Shown here: positions 6,828 through 14,573 of the stretch, in pieces
Layout: every line of letters begins with the position of its first letter
Numbering within the stretch: position 1 is the first letter of the stretch
From: Promethearchaeota archaeon
Lineage (GTDB): Archaea; Asgardarchaeota; Lokiarchaeia; Sigyniarchaeales; SOKP01
Length of the DNA: 17,398 nt
Direction: 5' to 3'
Assembly: GCA_048938445.1 (NCBI GenBank)
Contig: JBHLME010000095.1
Coordinates: 1 to 17,398 of the forward strand
Position numbers and translations under genes: made by a program
Notes under the pieces: model-generated
Seen by the model: the letters and a program-made list of their open reading frames with translations, nothing else
Databases searched by the model: none
Told to the model about the DNA's origin: nothing

Positions 6828-7798
6828 GGTTCATATACAATTATGATAATAGAAAAAATAACAATAAGACTTCCTATTAAATGAAAAATTGTAAAAATTT
6901 CTCCAAGAATAAATATGGAAAATAAAGCTGTTATAATTGGTGTAGGTGACACTAATATGGTTGCTTTTGATGCATCTAAATAAGAAAGAGTTTTATACCA
7001 AAAAAAAAGACCTATTCCATATACTAATCCCATCAAAAAATAATATAATAAATTAATTGGTTCTCTAAGTAAGAAAGGAATACTTGTGAAGAAAAACAAT
7101 AAAAAAGTAGAAACTAATATAGCAGAACTAATTGCATTTCTTATGAAAACAATTTGAGTTGCTGTAGAATTATTAGGATTTAAAAGATATTTTTTTGTTA
7201 ATGCATGGCTATACATCCAAAAAAAAGCTAGAATCAATAATAATAATACGCCAATATTAAATTCGATAATATTGAAAGATCCTTGAGTGACAGTGAAAAT
7301 TAAACCAAATAGAAGGATTAATGAAAATATAATTTGCAGATATGATATTCTTTCTTTCATGATTAGATATCCAAATAATAATGAAAAAATTACTGTTGAT
7401 TTTTGAGCTATCGATCCATTAATTGATCCTGCAAAGAAATAACCTGATGTGAATAAGATTTGACCAATCCCAAATGTCAAACCAACTTGTAGTAATATTA
7501 TCTTATTTTTTTTCCATCCATTTAAAAGGGAATCTGCAGTAACATTAGATATGATGTTTCTGTTTTCATCTATTTTTATCCTTTTCCTATCGATTAACAT
7601 TATGGGAAGAAATACTAATGCTTCAAATACGCAAGTCATTCCAGAAAATAAATATAATGCAGGTATTTGGTAATTCTCAGGATAAGCACTTAAATTAATT
7701 GCAATTTTCCAACCTGAAACTATGATTGGTTGAAAACCTACTAATATGGCTGCAACTACTCCAAATAATAATCCTTTTATATTTTTTTCATCATTCAA
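6800..7798 (-). CDS. DMT/EamA-family transporter (about 10 TM); probable start TTG at 7798 rather than the ORF-track 7876
   Basis: Two EamA halves: GLLFGVVAAILVGFQPII...IFSLLFGYLIMKERIS and GLFFWYKTLSYLDASKATILVSPTPIITALFSIFILGE. The first 26 codons of the long ORF look non-coding and crowd the divergent promoter region. Confidence 0.85.
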   Translation of the reverse strand: MNDEKNIKGLLFGVVAAILVGFQPIIVSGWKIAINLSAYPENYQIPALYLFSGMTCVFEALVFLPIMLIDRKRIKIDENRNIISNVTADSLLNGWKKNKIILLQVGLTFGIGQILFTSGYFFAGSINGSIAQKSTVIFSLLFGYLIMKERISYLQIIFSLILLFGLIFTVTQGSFNIIEFNIGVLLLLILAFFWMYSHALTKKYLLNPNNSTATQIVFIRNAISSAILVSTFLLFFFTSIPFLLREPINLLYYFLMGLVYGIGLFFWYKTLSYLDASKATILVSPTPIITALFSIFILGEIFTIFHLIGSLIVIFSIIIIVYEPKKKISNKN

Positions 7799-7975
7799 GA
7801 TAATTGTAAAAAGGAGAAAACGCATAAATAATTTTAGAAAAATCAAAATTAGTACTTTTCTTCCATTTTTCATCAAGAGTGTCTTGATTTTTTAACTAAA
7901 TATCATTAGCAAAGATTTTAAAATATTAATTCGCATAAATGTTTTAAAAAGAAGTTCTTATGGATGTGAAATAAT

Positions 7976-8773
7976 ATTTCTAAAAATCATGCGATCTATA
8001 CTGAAAACCTCACAAAAACATTTGGAAAGATCATAGCTGTTAATAATCTTAATTTGAAAATTCCTAATGGAAAAACTTATGGCCTTTTAGGACCAAATGG
8101 TGCGGGAAAAACGACAACAGTAAGGATGTTAAATGCTATAATTTCTCCTACCTCAGGTTCAGCTAGAGTTGGTGGATTTGATATAATAACTCAAAAAACA
8201 GATGTAAAAATGATATGTGGCTTTTTACCAGAATCACCCGGATTATATCAAAAATTAACCGCGAAGGAATTTTTGGAATTTATTGGTGAATTATACTACA
8301 TTCCTAAAGAATTGCTTTCTTCGCGTATAGAAGAATTAATAGAATTATTCGATTTAGAAGGAAGAGAAAACGATCTTTTAGAGGGGTATTCACGGGGAAT
8401 GAAACAAAAAGTTTGTCTCTGTTCTGCCTTAATTCAGGATCCAAAAATAATCTTTTTAGATGAACCTACTTCTAATTTAGATCCTGCCGCCACTAGAATG
8501 GTGAAAGATCTAATCATAGAACTTGCTAAAAAAGCAGATAAAACCATATTTATATGTACCCATTTACTAGATGCTGCAGAAGAATTATGTGACATGATTG
8601 GCATTATTGATAAGGGAATTCTTAAAACTGAAGGAACTCCTCAAGAAATTATTAATTCTGTGGGAACTCCTGATTTAGAAAGTGCATACTTAAAAATAAT
8701 GAATGTCTCCAAGATTGACGATCTTTTGGCTTGGAGAGACTCAAATCAAAATAAAAATCTTATAAAAAGTTAA
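7976..8773 (+). CDS. ABC transporter ATP-binding subunit (ABC-2/CcmA-like); start uncertain, N-terminus extends upstream of TTG 8054
   Basis: Walker A GPNGAGKTT, signature YSRGMKQK, Walker B IFLDEP and H-loop CTH. In-frame codons upstream of 8054 encode the conserved AIYTENLTKTFGKIIAVNNLNL. Confidence 0.9.
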   Translation: MSKNHAIYTENLTKTFGKIIAVNNLNLKIPNGKTYGLLGPNGAGKTTTVRMLNAIISPTSGSARVGGFDIITQKTDVKMICGFLPESPGLYQKLTAKEFLEFIGELYYIPKELLSSRIEELIELFDLEGRENDLLEGYSRGMKQKVCLCSALIQDPKIIFLDEPTSNLDPAATRMVKDLIIELAKKADKTIFICTHLLDAAEELCDMIGIIDKGILKTEGTPQEIINSVGTPDLESAYLKIMNVSKIDDLLAWRDSNQNKNLIKS

Positions 8774-8787
8774 AATAGGCTTAAAAC

Positions 8788-10392
8788 ATGAGTCTTTGGA
8801 TGGTTATTGCTAAAAATGAAATTAAACGTGGAACTAGTCGTTTCCGTGGTCATAGAATGTTATTTTTTGTGATTGTTTATGCTCTTTTAATATTTTGGGC
8901 GTTTATTCTCATCCCTTTTCTATTTAATTTATTCATACCGGCATATTTTGCCATAATTCCTGGTATAAATCTTGCTATAGGCACTGGAATTGAATATTTA
9001 ATGATGATAATTTTTCTTATGTTCATGATGTATCCATTAAATAACGTATTTCGTAAGACAGAAATAGGTTTTAAAGAAATTCTATTAGCATCTCCCGCGA
9101 CTGCAGGTGATATCTTTTTAGGAGAATTTTTAGGCAAATTTTTCATATATTCAGTAGGAATCCTAATTTTTTCCCCTATAGTTGTTGGTTTGGTTGGTTC
9201 TTTAACAAGATTAACTATAATTGAATATGCAATTATCTATTGTTGCATCGCGGGTCATATAATGTTAGCAACATTATTCGGTAATATACTTGCTTCCTTG
9301 TTAGAGCATAAAATAGCAAAAAATCCAAAGTTTAGAGATTTAGGGAAAGTATTCATGTTTATAATTGCTATAGCAATGGTGGTTATTATATACTCTGTTA
9401 CTTTTTTTTTTGATTATATCTATAAAAATCCTCAATTGAAGAATTGGTTAATGTTATATCCTTCTCTCTGGTTTTCGAATATTATATTATTTATAATAAA
9501 TCCTGAACTTATAATGTATTATTTCTTAAGTATAATTTGGTCAAATGTTTTACTGGTTATATTTGTGCCCCTCTTAATTTTTTACATTGCTTATAAAAAA
9601 GCAGATTCTTTTTTTACACTGGAAGGTGGAATTGAAAAAATGACAACGATCGTAGAAAAAGAATTTTTTTTCTATACGTTCATCAGAAAAATTTTTCCAA
9701 ATAAATGGGAAACACTTGTGGTATCTCAATTGAAAGAGTTTTTCAGGAAAAAGGAAAATATAATGAAAATGGTATATGATGTTGGTATAATTTGCTTTAT
9801 GGGATTAATTTATTCTATTACTTATCCAGGGGCTTTCGATACTATTAGCAAGCAATTATTCAGTGTAATAGTAATTCTAATGTCAGGTGTCATGTATAGC
9901 ATTATGATAGGAAATTATATTTTTGTAGGAAGTAAGGACTTGTTATGGGTGTATAAAAGATCGCCCCGGGGGGTAAAAACTTTAATATTTTCCTATATTT
10001 TAGCAATGCTAATTCCTAATTTAATTATTGATGTAGTATTTACTATCTATTTTGCGATTATTTATCAATATACACTTTTTATGATAATTTTCTTCTTTAT
10101 TGCTTATTTAATCAATTGTTTGATAATGCTCATTCAAGTCTCTGGAGTTCAAAGTCTAAATCCTTCATTTGAGGAGAAGGGAAAAGAAATGGGGATCAAT
10201 ATTATTATACAAATGATTGTAAATTTAGGACTAATATTCCTTAGTTTCTTTTTCTTTGATTTCTTTATTTCGTTGGCACCTACGGAAGAATTAATATCAG
10301 TGTTTTTTATCATACCTATATTCTTAATTTCAATTAGTTTTTCCATTCCTCTAATGTATCTTGGTATTAGAAAGTTAAGTAGGATTGAATAG
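8788..10392 (+). CDS. ABC-2-type transporter permease (two fused membrane modules, about 12-14 TM)
   Basis: Starts 14 nt after the ATPase. It has an amphipathic start WMVIAKNEIKR, the motif EILLASPATAGDIFLGEFLGK, and a second module from QLKEFFRKKEN with LLWVYKRSP. Highly hydrophobic. Confidence 0.82.
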   Translation: MSLWMVIAKNEIKRGTSRFRGHRMLFFVIVYALLIFWAFILIPFLFNLFIPAYFAIIPGINLAIGTGIEYLMMIIFLMFMMYPLNNVFRKTEIGFKEILLASPATAGDIFLGEFLGKFFIYSVGILIFSPIVVGLVGSLTRLTIIEYAIIYCCIAGHIMLATLFGNILASLLEHKIAKNPKFRDLGKVFMFIIAIAMVVIIYSVTFFFDYIYKNPQLKNWLMLYPSLWFSNIILFIINPELIMYYFLSIIWSNVLLVIFVPLLIFYIAYKKADSFFTLEGGIEKMTTIVEKEFFFYTFIRKIFPNKWETLVVSQLKEFFRKKENIMKMVYDVGIICFMGLIYSITYPGAFDTISKQLFSVIVILMSGVMYSIMIGNYIFVGSKDLLWVYKRSPRGVKTLIFSYILAMLIPNLIIDVVFTIYFAIIYQYTLFMIIFFFIAYLINCLIMLIQVSGVQSLNPSFEEKGKEMGINIIIQMIVNLGLIFLSFFFFDFFISLAPTEELISVFFIIPIFLISISFSIPLMYLGIRKLSRIE

Positions 10393-10488
10393 TTATCCTA
10401 TTATCTAAAAGTCAAATATAAAAAATGTTTTTAATTGATGATTTTAAATCAATATTGGGTATTAAATAATATAGTTGGAGATTTAAAA

Positions 10489-11319
10489 ATGTCAAAATTG
10501 GATTTAAGTTTGGTTGGTAAAAAAGAAAAAAAGGGAGAATTTAAATACGACTGGAAAGATGTTGTACTTTATGCTGTAGGTATTGGGGCTCAAGCTAATG
10601 AATTACAATTTATTTATGAAAATGCTCCTGGAGGTTTGCAAGTATTTCCTAGCTTTGCAACTATCATAGCTCAAGAGGCTCTTATATTTCCTGGAAATAT
10701 CGATTTTTCCCGTTATTTACATGGTGAAATGCTAATAAGATTATATCATCCATTTCCTAAAAAAGGGGCCATAATGAGGGAAAGTGAGATTACTAACATT
10801 TATGACAAGGGTAAAGGTGCCGTAATCATTACGAAAACCTCTGGTTATTTAAAAAATGGAACTCATGTATATGATGCGGATTATACTCATTTTTATGTTG
10901 GAGCAGGGGGATTTGGGGGAGATCCAGGCCCAAAAAATGAACCCTTGACTCCTCCAGAGGGTATAGAACCAGATTTTAGCATCACCTACAAGACAGCGGA
11001 GAATCAAGCAGTGATATATCGACTTAGTGGTGATACAAATCCCTTACATGTGGATCCTAAGTTTGCAAAGATGGGTGGACAAACAAAACCCATTCTTCAT
11101 GGTTTATGTACTTATGGATTTGCTACAAGGGCAATTCTTTACGGAGCCTGTGAAGGTAATGTATCTCGTTTTAAAGAATTTAATGCTCGATTTACAAATG
11201 TAGTGTATCCCGGAGATAATCTCACCACTGAAGGTTGGAAATTTAATGATAAATATATAATTCAAGTTCGAACAGAGAAATCCGTAGTGCTCGGAAATGC
11301 TTATGCTATTATAGAATAA
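10489..11319 (+). CDS. MaoC/hydratase-2 family (R)-specific enoyl-CoA hydratase, double hot-dog fold
   Basis: LYAVGIGA, VFPSF, LHGE, DKGKGA, GAGGFGG, the hydratase-2 motif YRLSGDTNPLHVDP and PILHGLCTYG. The ATG at 10489 preceded by GGAG is preferred over TTG 10435. Confidence 0.92.
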   Translation: MSKLDLSLVGKKEKKGEFKYDWKDVVLYAVGIGAQANELQFIYENAPGGLQVFPSFATIIAQEALIFPGNIDFSRYLHGEMLIRLYHPFPKKGAIMRESEITNIYDKGKGAVIITKTSGYLKNGTHVYDADYTHFYVGAGGFGGDPGPKNEPLTPPEGIEPDFSITYKTAENQAVIYRLSGDTNPLHVDPKFAKMGGQTKPILHGLCTYGFATRAILYGACEGNVSRFKEFNARFTNVVYPGDNLTTEGWKFNDKYIIQVRTEKSVVLGNAYAIIE

Positions 11320-11359
11320 AGATAAAAATTAAATAATTCAAAGCTTTTTAAGAAATATT

Positions 11360-11752
11360 ATGGTACTAGTTAAAGTAGAAATTATTAAAGGGAAAACCAA
11401 GGAATATAAAAATGCACTTTTGAATGGAATTCATGAAGCTTTAGTGAATGCTTTAAAAATTCCAGATAATGAAAGAACGCAGAGATTATATGAACTTGAA
11501 CCAGATAATTTTGAAATTATGACCAATAAGACAGAGTTATATACATTAATAGAAATAACCATGTTTCAAGGAAGGAGTGATAATGCTAAAAAACACCTTT
11601 TTAATGAAATTGTAGATAATTTAGCTAAATCCCCAGGAATCAATGGAAATGATATTATAATCGTTATTTATGAACCTCCTTTAAAAAATTGGGGTATTAG
11701 AGGCGGTAAACCTGCAAGTGAAGTAGATCTAGGATTTAAAATTGATATATAA
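11360..11752 (+). CDS. Tautomerase superfamily protein (two beta-alpha-beta units, MSAD/YrdN-like) lacking Pro-1
   Basis: IHEALVNALKIP..ER.QR, IEITMFQGRS..AKK.L...IV..L, and EPPLKNWGIRGG are typical of this family. The N-terminus is M-V-L-V rather than M-P-L-V. Confidence 0.85.
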   Translation: MVLVKVEIIKGKTKEYKNALLNGIHEALVNALKIPDNERTQRLYELEPDNFEIMTNKTELYTLIEITMFQGRSDNAKKHLFNEIVDNLAKSPGINGNDIIIVIYEPPLKNWGIRGGKPASEVDLGFKIDI

Positions 11753-11793
11753 ACAATTAATAGAATAAATATATTATTGATAGATGTTAACTC

Positions 11794-12642
11794 TTGCTGG
11801 ATAGAAAATGGTTTCTCGATAAAATTCATTATTTTCTAAGTAATGATGAAGCAAATAGAATGACGGACATTGATGGATCCCTATTTTGGGAACCTGATGT
11901 TTTGTTAGGATTTGTTTCTGGAGATGATCCGATTTTTGAGAAATATAAAGAAATTATAGCTCCGGAACATCTCACTCCCACAGAGGCTTATTCTAAATAT
12001 TGCGAAAAAAATGGTATTTCAACAATTTCAGATAATCTCTCAGTTGTAGCTTTTATTCTACCAATGAATCAGAAAACTAAAAAAGAAAATTTAAAATATT
12101 CTAAAGAATGGCCTTCCGAAAGATGGGCCCAAACGAGACTTAATGGTGAAAAATGCAATAAAGCACTTCAAGGATATTTACTTCAAGAATTAAAAAAGGA
12201 GGGAATAAATGGAGTAGCTCCCATGAGTGAAAATTATTTATTTAAAATCTATGATTTCAAATATTCCACCTGGAGCCATAGGCATATGTGCTTTGCTGCG
12301 GGATTGGGCTCTTTCGGTCTTTCAGATGGATTCATCAACGAAAAAGGTAAAGCAATGAGGTGTGGAAGCATTGTTATAGACTATAAACTACCATCTGATG
12401 CAGGGAATCGACCACCTGACACGGAACCATATAAGTATTGCACAAAATGTGGAAAATGTATTGAAAGATGCCCTGTAAAAGCAATATCTTTTAAGGAAGG
12501 TCACGATAAAGTTAAATGTAAGGAAATGGTCATGAGTACTATCCCATATATTAATAAAAATTATCACATTCCAATTTATTCATGTGGGCTTTGTCAAGTA
12601 GGTGTTCCATGTGAAAATGGTATTCCTGTAGAAAATAAGTAG
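11794..12642 (+). CDS. Epoxyqueuosine reductase (QueG)-like, probably cobalamin-binding 2x[4Fe-4S] protein
   Basis: GFVSGDDPIF, WSHRH.CFAAGLGSFGLSDGFI..KG.AMRCGS, CTKCGKCIERCP, and C...CGLCQVGVPC give eight Fe-S cysteines. TTG start. Confidence 0.82.
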   Translation: MLDRKWFLDKIHYFLSNDEANRMTDIDGSLFWEPDVLLGFVSGDDPIFEKYKEIIAPEHLTPTEAYSKYCEKNGISTISDNLSVVAFILPMNQKTKKENLKYSKEWPSERWAQTRLNGEKCNKALQGYLLQELKKEGINGVAPMSENYLFKIYDFKYSTWSHRHMCFAAGLGSFGLSDGFINEKGKAMRCGSIVIDYKLPSDAGNRPPDTEPYKYCTKCGKCIERCPVKAISFKEGHDKVKCKEMVMSTIPYINKNYHIPIYSCGLCQVGVPCENGIPVENK

Positions 12643-12661
12643 CTAAATTGAAAAAAATGCT

Positions 12662-13078
12662 TTAAATTCCTTGTTTTGCCCTTTCAAGGCATTTTCTTGA
12701 TTGTTTATATTTTCTTAATTCTTTTAGGGCAAGACTGCGATTAAACCATAGTTTGGAGTTATTTGAATCTAGGTCAAGTGCTTCCTTGAAGCATTCATCA
12801 GCTTCTTTATATTTTTCAAGCTGTAGAAGTGTGAGTCCCCTACCATTAAGAGCCTCAACGGATTGAGGATTTAATTGAAGAGCTTTATAATAACTTTGCA
12901 ATGCATTGTTATATAACCCTTGTTTAGATAAAGATATACCACGTGCGACCCATACTGATGATATATTTGGATTAACTCTTAAAGCCTCATCAAAATATTT
13001 TACTGCTTTCGCAAACTTATTTTCCTCAATCAAACGTTCACCTTTCAAGGTCCAAGTCATTGCTTCCCGTAAAGTCAT
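12662..13078 (-). CDS. Tetratricopeptide-repeat protein (about 4 TPRs)
   Basis: 34-aa repeats W..(K/R)G..L......A...F/Y..AL..NP. Confidence 0.9.
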   Translation of the reverse strand: MTLREAMTWTLKGERLIEENKFAKAVKYFDEALRVNPNISSVWVARGISLSKQGLYNNALQSYYKALQLNPQSVEALNGRGLTLLQLEKYKEADECFKEALDLDSNNSKLWFNRSLALKELRKYKQSRKCLERAKQGI

Positions 13079-13218
13079 GTTTATAACCTTTCTTTAAAAT
13101 AACTATATTCTTCAATAACTCCTGTTATTAATATTAATTTTTATTCTTAATTTGATATAATTGAATCTGTAATTATTTAATTGTATTAGAAATAATCATT
13201 TTATTATGATCAATCCAT

Positions 13219-14349
13219 TTAGGATGTTTCTTTATCAAGAATTTCTTTCTTGAGATTATTTAATTCGACTGCTTTGTAATTCTTTGCTATTTTAAATTGA
13301 GGATTTATTTTTAATGCTTCATCAAAACATTTTATAGCATCTTCGTGTTTGTTAAGTTTAGCAAGTGCTACTCCTTTTGCCGTCCAGACATCTTCAGTAT
13401 TTGGATTTAAAGATAAAGCTTCATTAAAACTTAATATTGCTTCTTCATGTTTATTCAATTTTGCTAAAGCAAGTCCCTTATTACACCATATTTTATAATC
13501 CGTAGGATTAAGAAAGATAGCCTCTTCATAACATTCTATTGCTTTTTTAAGTCCATCAGCCCTCCCACTTGCGGCATGTGCTACACCTTTAGCTGCAAAT
13601 GATGAAACAATCCTGGGGTTTATTTCGATAGCCTTGTCAAAACAATATATCGCCTCCTCATGATCTAGGAGTCTTAAAAGAGCAAGTCCCTTATTATACC
13701 ATGCATGAGCAAATTTATCATCAATGCTTAATGCTTCATTAAGATCAACTATAGCTTCATTATATTGCCTATTATCAATGTGTTCAAGTCCTCTATTATA
13801 TGAAGTATAGAGTTCTTGAGGGTGAGTTTCAAGAGTGATATCATGTTCTTTTATGGGCTCGATCTTCATTTCCTCCCTAATCACAATCTCACCTTCTATT
13901 TCTTCTTCTATTATTTCATCTTCTAGTGATTGTTTACTTACAGGTTCTTCTTCCTCGATGGATGTAATAGGTTTTTGATCCGCTTTAAGCTTCGCCAATA
14001 AGCTATCATTTAATTCTTTTGCTTCTTGAAAACTAGGATTTATCTTCAATGTCTCTTCATAACATTCGATCGCTTCCTCATATTTTCCTATCTCGTTAAG
14101 GGCAACTCCCTTATTAAACCAAGCAAAAGCATTTTTAGGATCAATTTGTAATGCAACACTTTCACTTTTAATTGCTTCTTCAAATCTAGTTAAGTTTAAA
14201 AGTGCTGCACCTCTGTTGCTCCAAGCTCTAGAGTCCTTGGGATTTTTATTAATGACTTTATCAAAAAATTTCACTGCTTTTTTAAAATCTCCGTTTTCAA
14301 ATGCAGAATTACCTTTATCAAATAATTTTTCCAGTTCTTTTAAGCTCAT
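13219..14349 (-). CDS. Tetratricopeptide-repeat protein (3 TPRs, acidic linker, about 5 TPRs)
   Basis: Repeated AW.NKG.AL..L..YEEAI.C(F/Y)D.AL.INP motifs on both sides of a Glu-rich spacer. Confidence 0.93.
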   Translation of the reverse strand: MSLKELEKLFDKGNSAFENGDFKKAVKFFDKVINKNPKDSRAWSNRGAALLNLTRFEEAIKSESVALQIDPKNAFAWFNKGVALNEIGKYEEAIECYEETLKINPSFQEAKELNDSLLAKLKADQKPITSIEEEEPVSKQSLEDEIIEEEIEGEIVIREEMKIEPIKEHDITLETHPQELYTSYNRGLEHIDNRQYNEAIVDLNEALSIDDKFAHAWYNKGLALLRLLDHEEAIYCFDKAIEINPRIVSSFAAKGVAHAASGRADGLKKAIECYEEAIFLNPTDYKIWCNKGLALAKLNKHEEAILSFNEALSLNPNTEDVWTAKGVALAKLNKHEDAIKCFDEALKINPQFKIAKNYKAVELNNLKKEILDKETS

Positions 14350-14573
14350 GATAATCTATATGACTCTTTTATAAATGATATAATAAATTTGTTTCATTAA
14401 AATATTAGAATAAAATGAAAAATTATGGGATCAATTGGATAAATATTATTTTTTTTTATTATTAAATCTTTTATCTTCCTGAGTGAATTTTGCATATTAG
14501 TACACATGAATATGTTTTTTTATTAAGGTGTAGAGCAAGAAACTTATTTTAAAACAGATCATATATATTATTA

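Noticed and set aside
7964-7969. Selenocysteine at the in-frame TGA of the ABC ATPase
   Set aside because: It would be residue 2 in a non-conserved, non-redox position, and I could not identify a SECIS-like hairpin.
8877-10346. Minus-strand ORFs 8877-9146 and 10149-10346
   Set aside because: Lys/Asn/Ile-rich antisense shadows of the T-rich permease gene.
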